The notes below the pieces were generated by a model. The model was not told the origin of the DNA. It did no database searches and saw only the letters and a list, made by a program, of their open reading frames with translations. A DNA stretch of 64,000 bases from the IMG/VR virus record IMGVR_UViG_3300017593_000402, positions 64,001-128,000 of that record; one strand, given 5' to 3'. The number at the start of each line of letters is the position of its first letter. Position 1 is the stretch's first letter. This DNA comes from a virus. The position numbers and the translations under genes were made by a program. This document shows positions 28,679-39,353 of the stretch, piece after piece.

Positions 28679-30556
28679 ATGAGTTACGATGTAACCTCTC
28701 TTATTTCGGAAAGACTTGATGCTATTGAACACGGAGCGGCTACTACTACAGGAGCGATTAATAGTTTTTTGGATGAGTTTTTGCACAGAGGTGGAATAAG
28801 CATTAGTCTTGCTCCAATTAAAGATTTGCCTATTCAGGTTGAACCTATTCCTGACTTACCAGAGGAAATAAATGTTTCTGATTTAGATTATATTCCTACT
28901 GATTTAACTTTTCCTGATCATCCTATAGAAGAATTTGATTTAAACGAGCTTGTTTCTGAATTTGATTCTATTTCTACAGAAATAGGGCAGAATATAGACA
29001 AACCTCTTATTAGTTCTGTATCTCAAGCTTTAGATTCTATTTCTATGCCTGAAATTCCTGACGATTTAGATTCCATAACTGAACCTTCGTTAGAAGCAAT
29101 TTCTTTGCCTACGCTGCCTTCGTTTGATAAAGTGTCGGTTCCTTATCCAGAATCAATTACAACTGAGTTTTCTCCTGCGGATATACCTTCTCTTGCATTT
29201 ATTGAAACGCAACAGTTATTTAAAGAATTTGATTCTCTTTTACAAAAAGATTTGCAATTTTCTAGGTATGCACATGAATTGATAAGAGATAGACGCTCTC
29301 GAATTAAGGAGTTAATAAATTTTTACGAACGAGTTTTGAATATTCTCAAAACTACCAATCCTCTCCAAAGAGTTGAAAAAGTTATCAATGAAATAAATTT
29401 TATTGTAGATGAGGGAGAGAAAAGATTTATTAGTCCTATTTATGAGAGATACAGTTCTTTTGCTTCTAAAGATGTCAGAGATAAGTTAGAGAATTTGTAT
29501 TACCAGGCCAAAATTTTGAGTACGGGTCAATTGAAAGAAAAATACTTTAGTGAAAACGTTTTCACTGACCGTGATAAAGAAGATGAAATAGAATCTTTAG
29601 AACTTCAACTCAAGGAAGACTTAGATAAACACGAGACTGCTTATATAGATGCCTGCATTCAAGTTTGGAATGTTACTACTTCATATGTTCTTTTGTATGT
29701 AACCAAATTATTAATAGAATTTCAGCAAAGGCTTAATTATGAAAATATTTTGGTTCAGCTCCATGAGGACCTAAGTAAAGCAATTTTGAGATATTATGAT
29801 ATGTATAATGCTTTGCTCCAAGCTGAAAATACACAATTAGATAAGTTCAAAGCTGTTTTGAATAGAGCTAGTATGGAGTTAGATAAAATTCAATCAATTC
29901 TTGAAAAGAACAACGCCTATATAGAGGCTTATGCTGCTCAGGTTAGAGGGCTCCAAACTTTGGTTGATAAGTATAATGTAGATAGAAGACTATACCAAGC
30001 TCAGCTTGCTGAAAGATCATCTAGAGTAGATTTAGCTAGAAGCGTTTATCAAAACAATCAAGCTAAAGTTGATTTATATCAAAGAGCTGTAGCTCTGGTT
30101 AACAAGCTTTATGGTCTAAGACAAGAAAAAGTGAGAGATATTCTTAACAGAGGTAGAATTAAATTGGGGTTTGCTAAAGCTCAACAACAGTTAGACGTGA
30201 CAGTTTCTAAAGCTTTGGAAAACATTTATAATATTTATGGTGATATTATGGAAGTAGATATAGACAGATATAAAGCTGAATATAATAATATTTTGAATGA
30301 TAGTATTTTGGATTATAAAACTAAAGTTAGATTGAATGCGGAACGAGCTAATTTATTAAAACAAGCTTACTCTGTGTTTCTCCAAAAAGTGGGGCAAGAA
30401 GATAGGTATATTTTAACAAGTACTCGATTGATCAATGATATGGCAAACAGATTAGCTATGGAAGCTTTTAGGCCTTTGGCTTCTATGTCTTCTGGATTAT
30501 TGAGTGCTATTGATGCTGTTGTTAATGGGTTATACGAATTTGTAGCTGAGGGATAA
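28679..30556 (+). CDS. Pro-rich/coiled-coil virion protein (putative ejection protein)
   Basis: Same architecture as the preceding gene; IEAYAAQV-type heptads. Confidence 0.5.
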   Translation: MSYDVTSLISERLDAIEHGAATTTGAINSFLDEFLHRGGISISLAPIKDLPIQVEPIPDLPEEINVSDLDYIPTDLTFPDHPIEEFDLNELVSEFDSISTEIGQNIDKPLISSVSQALDSISMPEIPDDLDSITEPSLEAISLPTLPSFDKVSVPYPESITTEFSPADIPSLAFIETQQLFKEFDSLLQKDLQFSRYAHELIRDRRSRIKELINFYERVLNILKTTNPLQRVEKVINEINFIVDEGEKRFISPIYERYSSFASKDVRDKLENLYYQAKILSTGQLKEKYFSENVFTDRDKEDEIESLELQLKEDLDKHETAYIDACIQVWNVTTSYVLLYVTKLLIEFQQRLNYENILVQLHEDLSKAILRYYDMYNALLQAENTQLDKFKAVLNRASMELDKIQSILEKNNAYIEAYAAQVRGLQTLVDKYNVDRRLYQAQLAERSSRVDLARSVYQNNQAKVDLYQRAVALVNKLYGLRQEKVRDILNRGRIKLGFAKAQQQLDVTVSKALENIYNIYGDIMEVDIDRYKAEYNNILNDSILDYKTKVRLNAERANLLKQAYSVFLQKVGQEDRYILTSTRLINDMANRLAMEAFRPLASMSSGLLSAIDAVVNGLYEFVAEG

Positions 30557-30557
30557 A

Positions 30558-31568
30558 ATGCCTCGTTATTATGATCCAAATAAGCCTGTAAAAATAGACA
30601 AAAAACTGATTGAACAAGAAGCTCTCCAGACTCCTTGGATAGACCCTATTGATTTATTGACGTTTGGACGTGGAATTCTAGGCAAGGCTGGTGTAAAAGG
30701 AGCTGGAGAGGCTTTGAGTGCATTATCTATTAAAGGAGCGTCGAAAATGGGGCTAGCTAACAAAGCATTTAGTTTAGGAGGTAAGGCTCTAAAGAAAGGA
30801 TGGCCTGTGTTATTAGGCTATGCTTTAGGTTCTATGGGTGGTAAAGGTGAAAAACAAGAAGCTTTGCCTTCTGTAGAAAAACCTGCTCTTACTAGAGAGC
30901 AATTTCAAAGCTTTGTTGATCAAATTAATAGCATTTTAGGCGGAGGTATTCCTATTAATGAGTATTCTAGGCAGGCTGTAGAGCTAGCAACTAAAGCCTT
31001 GCCTACGCTGCAAGCCGCTTATACTCCTGTTATTGAAAGCGGCAGGGAAGCTGCAAAACGTTTAACTAAATTAACCTCAGCTATTCCTCTGACAACTACG
31101 CAAGGGCCGAGCTATTATGATACAGGACTACTAGACGTAATGGGTTCGCAGATTTCCAGGTTGCTAAGCCAGGCCCAACCTGCCGATATGAGTTTTGGTT
31201 CTTTATTAAGAGCTAAATACGCCAGGCGTGCTTTGCAAACAGCTCTGCCTACTTATGCAAGTCTGATAAATGCTGGGCGTCGATCAGTAGCCCCTTCATC
31301 TGTAGTGCCTAATTTAATAACTGCTGCTTATACTGCACAAACACAACCGCAACTTAATATGCTTGCTGCTTTGCCTCAGCTTCTTACAACAGCACAGACT
31401 ACTTTGCGTCAAATTGGAGCAGGACAACAGGCAAAGGCAGCTATGCTTCTCAATACATTGTTAGGGAGCCAAAACCGTATGGACGTAGCTACTTTAACTG
31501 CTTTAACAAGACTAGGTGCGCTTGATCCTACAATCAGAGATTTAATTCTTCAAAATTATATTCAATAA
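30558..31568 (+). CDS. putative internal virion/ejection protein
   Basis: Ala/Gly/Gln/Leu-rich helical protein just before the giant gene. Confidence 0.5.
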   Translation: MPRYYDPNKPVKIDKKLIEQEALQTPWIDPIDLLTFGRGILGKAGVKGAGEALSALSIKGASKMGLANKAFSLGGKALKKGWPVLLGYALGSMGGKGEKQEALPSVEKPALTREQFQSFVDQINSILGGGIPINEYSRQAVELATKALPTLQAAYTPVIESGREAAKRLTKLTSAIPLTTTQGPSYYDTGLLDVMGSQISRLLSQAQPADMSFGSLLRAKYARRALQTALPTYASLINAGRRSVAPSSVVPNLITAAYTAQTQPQLNMLAALPQLLTTAQTTLRQIGAGQQAKAAMLLNTLLGSQNRMDVATLTALTRLGALDPTIRDLILQNYIQ

Positions 31569-31580
31569 GGAGAAAAACAA

Positions 31581-34500
31581 ATGCCTAATAATGCTCTTGC
31601 AGAACTTATAGCAAGAAGAATGTTAGGACTTCCTTTGCAGGGAGACTTAAATCTGCCTTCTGAGCAGGAGCAAGTAGGATTACCTCCTACTCCTGTTTCT
31701 CAATTACCACAAACTGCTATTCCTGCTGGAACTGCATTGGTTCAAGTTCCCCAAGCCCCTACTATGAGACAAGTAGTGGGTGAAGAGGAATCGTGGCCTA
31801 GTATTCTTGCTAAGTCTGCTGCTAGCGGATTAAGCCAAGTTGCTACAGGTGCGTTGGGAGCGGCATCAGGTATTTTGGAAAATTTAGGAGCTAATACTCA
31901 AGAGCTTCAAAATCTGGCTAATGAAATCAATCAAGCTTTGGCTCCTAAAGTAGGTAAAAGTAGAGCTAAATCATGGGTTGCTGGAATTATCCAGTCTACA
32001 ATAAACTCTTTAGCTCAATATGCCTTATCAAGAAGATTTGGGATTCCTTTACTTCCTATGTTTGGGGTTACCAGTGGAGGACAGAAATACTTACAAACTA
32101 GGCAAGAAGGGTATGCTCCTAGTACAGCTTTAAAAGCTGCTGTTCCTACTGGTTTGTCCGAAGCTCTTACTGAGAAGATTCCTTTTGAAGCAGTGTTTAA
32201 AGATGTGGGCAAGCCTATTGTTAAACGGTTGATTAAACTATATGGAGGCGAGCTATTAGGAGAGAACATTAATACTTTAACTGAAGATATTGTAAACCGA
32301 GTAGTTTTGCATCAGCCTCAGACACTTAATGATTATATTCGTGATCTGGTTGATACTACTGTTATTACATTAGGCCAGACCAGTTTGACTGGATTACCAG
32401 GAATTGTTGCTCAAACACAACTAGAAAAGAGAAGAAAAGCAGCTATTCCTTCAACTGAAAAAGTTATTGAAGAAGCTCTAAAAGCAACAAAACAGGCTCC
32501 GACTCCTGAAGCGGCTAGCGAAACTGTATTAGATGTTCTGCCTTTGGTTATAAAGTCTTTAAGTGCTTCTAAAGTAGAAGCAAATGACTATCAAGGTTGG
32601 GCTAGGGAAGCAGTCAAAGCTTATAGTAAAATTGCTAATGCAATTCCTGACGAAGACCTCTCTGTCAAGCGAACGCTTAATGATACCGTTAAGGCTTTTA
32701 AGCTTATAGCAAGTGGCAGAAAGTTAAAAGATGAAGAACTACCTATTTTATCTCATGCTAGTGCAGAAGTTACAGAGTGGCCTGATGATATTCCAGGAAA
32801 ACAGGCTTTGCTAAAAGCTATTGACACGCTAGTCAAAACTAACGAACCTCCCAAACCTAAAACTGCTATTCCTGAATCTAATTTACTTACTCTTGGATTT
32901 AAGCCTTCTGAGCAAAAGAAGCTTAGTGCTGAAGATAAAGAGAAGATTCTAAAGAACAAGATCAGTAGAAAGGACGTCATCCTCAAAAGAGATGGGACTG
33001 TAGTTTATAAGAAGGAAAAAGCTCCGACCAAAGAGCTGATTCCTAAACAAGAAGCTATTCCTACTAAAAAAGAAACTCCAGTTAAGAAAAAAGTTCCTGC
33101 TAAGAAGAAACCTGTTGAGAAACCAACTACGGGTTCCTTGGATGAAACTATACAAGAGTTCAAAAACTTAGGTTATACCATTAAGGAAATAACCTCCTTA
33201 AAACCTGAGGATATGGTCAAGATTAAGGAGGAGAAAATACCCAGAGACCAGGTAGAGATAAAAGAAGGCAAGTTAATACTTAAGCCAAAGAAAGAGGCCG
33301 TTCCAAAAAAGAAAGCTCTTCCTGAAAAAGAATTAATTCCTAAAGAAGCTATTCCTAAGAAGTCTGAAAAAGAACTAATTCCCAAGGAGAAAAAACCTGT
33401 ACAGGCTATTGATATTACTAAAATTGCTCAAACTCCGAAATCTAAAATAAAAGGATTGGTAACTATTGATGAGAAGGCCAAAGAAATTGTCCAAATAAAA
33501 GACAATAAGGTTATAGTACATCCAGATTTCTTTAAAAAGAGGAAAGTAACTCGTAAAAAATTGCTTAAAGAAGCTTTAACGCCGAAACCCGTAGCAAAAG
33601 AACCAATAGTAAAAAAAGGAGCAGCGGCTCCAGCTACGCCTAAATTTACTGAGCAAGAAAGAAAATCACTCAAAAAGCTTGGGTATAGCGACAAGCAAAT
33701 ACAGCGTATGAAACCCGAAGCTGCTAAGGAACTCCTTTCTAAGAAAATCAAAGCAGATTTTGTAAGCGTAAAACAGGACGGAACTATCAAAGTTTTAAAA
33801 CCAGAAGAAGTTAATGAAGTAGAAGCCGCTCTGAAAAAGAAGGTCAAAACACTTACTAAAAAACCCAAGCCTTTGTCTTTAATTGAACTTCCTAAAATGA
33901 AAAAAGGAGCCGAGTCTCCTGAATTAGCTGCTAAAGTTTACAAAGTTCACTACGATGGTCAGTGGCCCGAAGGCCCGATGATGGGAAAATTAAGCGGTGC
34001 GTATTCTTTTACTTTAACTGAAAAAACTCACCCTATTTTTGGGAAAAAAGGAGGAGCTACCAGTATAGTTGTGCCTAGAGGGGAACTCTCCAAGTTGCCT
34101 GAAATAATAGAACAAAAAATTAGAGAGTATGCAGAAGCTGAAGGTTTGGCTCAACCAGAGTTGATACCAGGGCATCCTGTTAAGTCTGAGTCCCGCAACC
34201 TAGAAGCAACTTCTAGAAACAAGATGCGGTTGTTTAAGACAAACCTAAAAGCACTGAAAAAAGCAATTCCGCATCCTACTATCGAGGACAGAATTACTGC
34301 TGCTTATTATAGATTTAAGCCTGCATGGGAAAAGTTTACTGGAAAAGGAAAATACTTAATTCCTAATTTGGGTAGGACTAAATATGTGCAAGAAGAAGCC
34401 AAAGCTAGAAAAGTAGAAGATAAAGATTTATTTAAACTGGATTATCTCCTGAGTGCCAAAGAATGGCTGGCTGGTACTAATTTCAAAGAACAAATTAAAA

Positions 34501-37500
34501 AAGGATTGATAACTGAAAAGGAAGCCCAGGCTCGAATTAGATTCTTTGATAAGTTCGGTGAAAACGTTTTCAGATTTAAGTCCGAACTAACGTCTGGTTT
34601 AACAGATATGTTTCGCAAATGGGCAGAAGGAGAGCCATATAAACTTGACCCAGAAGAACCAGATTCCCCTCATATCAATAACATAATTATGGAGGCCCTT
34701 GGTACTCCCAAAGAAAAAATAGCTCCTCGTTATACTTTAGAAGAACTGCTTCATCCTCCAAAAGATAAAGCTGAGGAAATTTCCCATCATCTAGCCTATG
34801 GCTTTGCTTATACCATAATGGACAGGTATATTCGTTTGGCAAGAAATATTCCAGTTTCTACTGTTGAAGACATATTAGATAATATGCTTACTTACGGATT
34901 GGTTCATTATGAAATGGCGTTTGAGGATGAAGATTCTTTCTTCTTTAACGAATTGGCTCCGACCGAACTTTCTGATGAGCAAATTAAACAGTTATTAAAG
35001 AATGCTACGTTTGACAAAATAGCAGACTATTTGGAAAATTTTCACTTTTTCTTCCTAAAGAATAATATGGGTCTCCATAAATTGGATACTATTTTAGGTC
35101 TGTCCGCAGGATTAATGAAATACACAATGGATTTAATTAGGTCTGAGGAGTATTTTGAGTCTACTGATGCTGGCCGAGTTGTAAGGAACGAAGTGAAAAA
35201 TGTGGTAATGCCTGCTATCCAGAGAATAATTCAGGCTGCTGATAAGTTGATGGTTGTAAGCCGAGACCTAAAGCATATTGTAGGTATAAAAGGTATTATG
35301 AAAAAGCTAGAGCGAACGATTCTAGCTTATCAAAATAAAGAAATAGATGATCCTGAAAAATATATTAGAACATTAGAGCCTTATTGGAGAAAAGTAATTC
35401 TCCCTTATCTAACATCTAATGAAAAGGCTTTAGCTGAAAAGATAGGAAGCGAAGAATTTTACAAAGCTAAGAAAGCTGGGATAGCAGATAAGATTTTGAA
35501 CAACCTTGCAGACCGTATGACTGCTTACTCGACCAGTGCGAATGGTTTTAAGAGTCTGGTTACCCAGCCAAATACAAATGCTTATCAAGCTCTTCTCTAT
35601 CTTTCAAAACATGCACAAAGTTTGCATGTTCGACAGATGGCTAGCATTTTGGCCGAGCTAGGTTATGTTGCCAAAGCTCTTCCAGACGTTCCATTGGAAA
35701 TACGCAGGGTAGCCTCTTCTTCTCGTGCGGTATTCAATAGCAGGGGACCTCATGTTGGTACTATTACTGTTCGACCTAACTTGAGCCCTTATGAACTTGA
35801 GGTTTCCTTTTTGCACGAAGTAACACACGCTCTGACTTATTATAGACTTTCTGTTAACAAAGAAGCCCTCCAGACCGTTAACAATTTGATGGTTAAGGCT
35901 AGAGAACACATATCTGACACGGAAAAGAAAGTAGCGGATTTGCTGCTTCGTCAGGTTAGGCTAAAAGAAGCTGTAGATTGGGACGAGATTAACGAGCTAA
36001 CAAAAGATGATGAATCATTTAAAGCTCATTATAAAGAATATGGTGACAAGTGGTACTTGGTTTTGTACGGATTAGCTCATCCCCATGAGTTTGTGGCAAA
36101 CGCCATATCTGATCCTGCTACATATTTGTTTTTAAATGGCATTGAAGTAGAAAAGAAACAGAGTTTGTGGGACAAGGTAATTGATTTCGTTGTCAATGTT
36201 TTAGGAATAGGAAAAGACAAAGCTACTTTATGGACTGAATCTGTCAAAGAAATTTTGGATATTATTAATAAAAGCAAATTAGATGATGTGGTTTTCCTCA
36301 AACAGTTAAGAAGAGAACCTCAAATTTCGAATTACCTCAAACAACAATTAGAAGCTACTGAACTAGCTGATCCTGTATTGAAAGATTTTCAGGTACAGCA
36401 ATTTGAAGAGAAGCTACAGCAGTTTGCACCTTCTTTGAACGATTATGATTATGAACATTTGAAAGGATTTGCTAAGCAGCTTCTTAAACAATCACCTAAA
36501 GCGGCTCCTAAGCTTGCAGATATAGGCAAAGTAAGACAAGCTGTAGGTTTGCCTTTGTGGACATCTCTTATCCATCCAGAATTTGCTCCTTTATTTAAAC
36601 ATACAGTTAAAGCGATGGAGGAGAAAAATTTTGCTCTCCACAATATTTTGGAGACGGGTAATATTTATTTTTCCCAGCTTAATGATGAAGAAAAAGAAGT
36701 TGTTAATGCTGCAATTAAGATAAGTGATGCTTTGAATATACAATTTACCAGGAAAGAATTGGCTAATTTTCCAAATACAGTTAAAAGCCTTAAAGCTCTT
36801 TTCAATAAGCTGTTTATTTACAGAAAAGCTCCTTCGGTTGTTCGCCAGCAAATTCTGGAGCAGTCTCCTTTTGATCTGCCAAAAGAATACTCACAACCAG
36901 AGTATATTAAGAGGTTTAAGTACTTTTTTGATTATGCTCTGCCTAGTTTTAAGATACAGAAAATTTATGGAGTTATGGCTGATGGTTACTATAACTATTG
37001 TGAAGTAACCAACAAAACAGCAGAACATATTTCGGATAAACTTCTTACTCTTATTATCGACGTTGTAGTAAAAGACCCGATGGCTTCTAATACTATTTTT
37101 GCTCTAATCAAACATCCAGAATTGAAAAAGAAAATATCTGAAGATGCTTTAGCAACTTATGAGCCAATTCTTGAAGAAGTAGAAAATCATCCGCTTTTTA
37201 AAAAGTATGAAAGAATTAGAGATTTGATTGATAAGTTAGACTTTTATAGTCCTCGTTACAGAGACCAAGATGCTTCTGAAATGATTGTAGCTTTTGACAA
37301 AGAAGCTTTTGCCAAATCATTTAAGAAACACATAGCCCAAACTGGGAGCAGAGCTAAGGCTCTGGAAAAAGTTTATGACGACTTGTCTCAGCAAAACAAA
37401 GTATATCTAAGAGAACACGTAAGAAGAATTGATCCTGATATGCAGAAAAAGCTAGAAAGAGCCAAAAGAGTGTTTGGCAAAGACAATGTTGTCCTTCTAC

Positions 37501-39353
37501 TTCCAAATTATAGATTAGCTGAGAGCGTATATGGAGATATTACTGAAGGCAATGTCGGTGCTTTTCTTGAAGCTTTGGCGAATAAGACTAAAAGCGGCAA
37601 GGCTAGCCCAGAAACTCTAGACGAAATTCTTTCGGAAATTTCAAACATGATTGAAGAAGAGTTGCTGGCTAGAAGTAGAGCAGGACAAAAATTCCTCCAC
37701 AGAAATCCTTATTTGATCCTGGGTTATCATTTAGATAAGACTACAGAGGAAACATTTAATTATGTCAATAATGCAGCTAACTATATGGCTCGTATAGAAG
37801 CATTAGTAAACGGACTTCCTTTGCTTAATAGGATTGATCCAAAACAACAAGCCAAGTTAAGAGATTATGCACATAAATGGTTTTTTGATCAGCTTAAACC
37901 ACAGACTCAGTTTGATAAAGTTGTTGGTAAAACTAAAGCATATATGTTTTTGTGGTATTTAAGTGGAATGTTAAGGCCCGCAGCGGTTCAGGCTACGCAG
38001 ATGTTTGTAAGCACTATTCCTTTGGCTAAGATTATTTATAAACTGCCTTTGAGCAAGGTTAGTGCTTTGTTTATGAAAGCGTATAAAGATGTTATCCTCA
38101 ACGGAAATATAGAAGAAAATGAAAATCTAACTGAAGACGAGAAAAAGTTTCTTAATATTACTTACGCTAAAGGCGTAACCACTGCCCAGTTTATTAACCA
38201 AATACGAGACGAAGTAGCAGGTAGCGGAGGTTGGACTGTAAAAGCTGCGACTTGGCTTGCTACACCTTTTGCTTACATGGAACAAACCAACCGCTTGGCC
38301 ACTGCTTTAGGAGTGTACCGATTTTTTAAACAACACAATCCCAGCTTGAAACCTGATGATCCTACTGTAGTCAACGAAGCTACTGATTTAATTAATATGA
38401 CCCATTTCTTAATGGGCAAACTTAACTTGCCTTCTATTGCTACAGGAGGGACAGTACCACAAGGCTTGGCTAGGCTTGCTGTAACTTTTAGATCATTCAC
38501 TATGAATTTGCTAGAACTTTATAATTATACTCTCAGGCATATGCCTGCTAGCAAAAAGCTATGGGGTTTGAACAAGGAAGGGCTAGAATTCGTAGCTTAC
38601 AGTCTTTTGGCTTTCAGCATGTTTGGCGGTATTTTGTCTATACCTTTCCTCGATGATCTTATCAAACTGCTAGAACGGCAAACAGGAAAACCTCTTAGAC
38701 GATTGTTCTTTAAGAAAATTGGAGACATCAATAATCCTTTGGCTTATAGCTTAGAAAGAGGTCTTCCTTCTTTAATTGGCGTGGATTTAAGCGGTTCTCT
38801 AAAAATAGAAATACCCACTTCTCCTTCAGATGTATTGAATGCAATATTTGGAGTATATGGAGGATTGGCCAAGAATGCTACAGATTCCCTTGTTGCTTAT
38901 CAAGGATTTGATAAAATCAATGCTGTGTATCGAATTTTACCGCAATTTATAGGTAATCCTCTTAAAGCATATGAGGCCTATAAAGGATTGAAAAATCCTT
39001 ATAATAAACCTATATATGACGAAAACGGTAAGCCGATTAAAGTTAGTTTGCCAGAAGCCTTATTAATCGCTACTGGGTTTAGACCAACTAGATTTGGCAA
39101 GACATATGCGTATAAAAGTGCTGCTAGAAATATTTCTGCATATTTTAGGAAGAGGAGAAATGAGATTTATAATATGTTTAGGTCTGCTCAGACTCCAAAG
39201 CAAAGAGCCAAGGTACTTGCTGAAATAGTAAAATACAACAAGGAAGCATCTAAATATATTACTGTCCCACGAATAACTCTTAGGTCTTTGGCTACTGCTA
39301 TAATGCCTAAACAAGAAAAATTGGCTGAGGAACTTAGGATGAGAGGTCTTTAA
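31581..39353 (+). CDS. giant internal virion (DNA-transfer/polyvalent) protein with zincin metallopeptidase motif
   Basis: 2590 aa; Ala/Gly-rich N-terminus, Lys/Pro-rich linker with three LGY/LGF modules, FLHEVTH...HEFVA zincin motif, helical C-terminus; last gene of the virion operon. Confidence 0.7.
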   Translation: MPNNALAELIARRMLGLPLQGDLNLPSEQEQVGLPPTPVSQLPQTAIPAGTALVQVPQAPTMRQVVGEEESWPSILAKSAASGLSQVATGALGAASGILENLGANTQELQNLANEINQALAPKVGKSRAKSWVAGIIQSTINSLAQYALSRRFGIPLLPMFGVTSGGQKYLQTRQEGYAPSTALKAAVPTGLSEALTEKIPFEAVFKDVGKPIVKRLIKLYGGELLGENINTLTEDIVNRVVLHQPQTLNDYIRDLVDTTVITLGQTSLTGLPGIVAQTQLEKRRKAAIPSTEKVIEEALKATKQAPTPEAASETVLDVLPLVIKSLSASKVEANDYQGWAREAVKAYSKIANAIPDEDLSVKRTLNDTVKAFKLIASGRKLKDEELPILSHASAEVTEWPDDIPGKQALLKAIDTLVKTNEPPKPKTAIPESNLLTLGFKPSEQKKLSAEDKEKILKNKISRKDVILKRDGTVVYKKEKAPTKELIPKQEAIPTKKETPVKKKVPAKKKPVEKPTTGSLDETIQEFKNLGYTIKEITSLKPEDMVKIKEEKIPRDQVEIKEGKLILKPKKEAVPKKKALPEKELIPKEAIPKKSEKELIPKEKKPVQAIDITKIAQTPKSKIKGLVTIDEKAKEIVQIKDNKVIVHPDFFKKRKVTRKKLLKEALTPKPVAKEPIVKKGAAAPATPKFTEQERKSLKKLGYSDKQIQRMKPEAAKELLSKKIKADFVSVKQDGTIKVLKPEEVNEVEAALKKKVKTLTKKPKPLSLIELPKMKKGAESPELAAKVYKVHYDGQWPEGPMMGKLSGAYSFTLTEKTHPIFGKKGGATSIVVPRGELSKLPEIIEQKIREYAEAEGLAQPELIPGHPVKSESRNLEATSRNKMRLFKTNLKALKKAIPHPTIEDRITAAYYRFKPAWEKFTGKGKYLIPNLGRTKYVQEEAKARKVEDKDLFKLDYLLSAKEWLAGTNFKEQIKKGLITEKEAQARIRFFDKFGENVFRFKSELTSGLTDMFRKWAEGEPYKLDPEEPDSPHINNIIMEALGTPKEKIAPRYTLEELLHPPKDKAEEISHHLAYGFAYTIMDRYIRLARNIPVSTVEDILDNMLTYGLVHYEMAFEDEDSFFFNELAPTELSDEQIKQLLKNATFDKIADYLENFHFFFLKNNMGLHKLDTILGLSAGLMKYTMDLIRSEEYFESTDAGRVVRNEVKNVVMPAIQRIIQAADKLMVVSRDLKHIVGIKGIMKKLERTILAYQNKEIDDPEKYIRTLEPYWRKVILPYLTSNEKALAEKIGSEEFYKAKKAGIADKILNNLADRMTAYSTSANGFKSLVTQPNTNAYQALLYLSKHAQSLHVRQMASILAELGYVAKALPDVPLEIRRVASSSRAVFNSRGPHVGTITVRPNLSPYELEVSFLHEVTHALTYYRLSVNKEALQTVNNLMVKAREHISDTEKKVADLLLRQVRLKEAVDWDEINELTKDDESFKAHYKEYGDKWYLVLYGLAHPHEFVANAISDPATYLFLNGIEVEKKQSLWDKVIDFVVNVLGIGKDKATLWTESVKEILDIINKSKLDDVVFLKQLRREPQISNYLKQQLEATELADPVLKDFQVQQFEEKLQQFAPSLNDYDYEHLKGFAKQLLKQSPKAAPKLADIGKVRQAVGLPLWTSLIHPEFAPLFKHTVKAMEEKNFALHNILETGNIYFSQLNDEEKEVVNAAIKISDALNIQFTRKELANFPNTVKSLKALFNKLFIYRKAPSVVRQQILEQSPFDLPKEYSQPEYIKRFKYFFDYALPSFKIQKIYGVMADGYYNYCEVTNKTAEHISDKLLTLIIDVVVKDPMASNTIFALIKHPELKKKISEDALATYEPILEEVENHPLFKKYERIRDLIDKLDFYSPRYRDQDASEMIVAFDKEAFAKSFKKHIAQTGSRAKALEKVYDDLSQQNKVYLREHVRRIDPDMQKKLERAKRVFGKDNVVLLLPNYRLAESVYGDITEGNVGAFLEALANKTKSGKASPETLDEILSEISNMIEEELLARSRAGQKFLHRNPYLILGYHLDKTTEETFNYVNNAANYMARIEALVNGLPLLNRIDPKQQAKLRDYAHKWFFDQLKPQTQFDKVVGKTKAYMFLWYLSGMLRPAAVQATQMFVSTIPLAKIIYKLPLSKVSALFMKAYKDVILNGNIEENENLTEDEKKFLNITYAKGVTTAQFINQIRDEVAGSGGWTVKAATWLATPFAYMEQTNRLATALGVYRFFKQHNPSLKPDDPTVVNEATDLINMTHFLMGKLNLPSIATGGTVPQGLARLAVTFRSFTMNLLELYNYTLRHMPASKKLWGLNKEGLEFVAYSLLAFSMFGGILSIPFLDDLIKLLERQTGKPLRRLFFKKIGDINNPLAYSLERGLPSLIGVDLSGSLKIEIPTSPSDVLNAIFGVYGGLAKNATDSLVAYQGFDKINAVYRILPQFIGNPLKAYEAYKGLKNPYNKPIYDENGKPIKVSLPEALLIATGFRPTRFGKTYAYKSAARNISAYFRKRRNEIYNMFRSAQTPKQRAKVLAEIVKYNKEASKYITVPRITLRSLATAIMPKQEKLAEELRMRGL

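Noticed and set aside
31581-39353. Giant protein as an N4-like virion RNA polymerase
   Set aside because: I could not find single-subunit RNAP motifs or a DxDGD motif; only a zincin motif is evident. A structure search is needed to exclude it fully.
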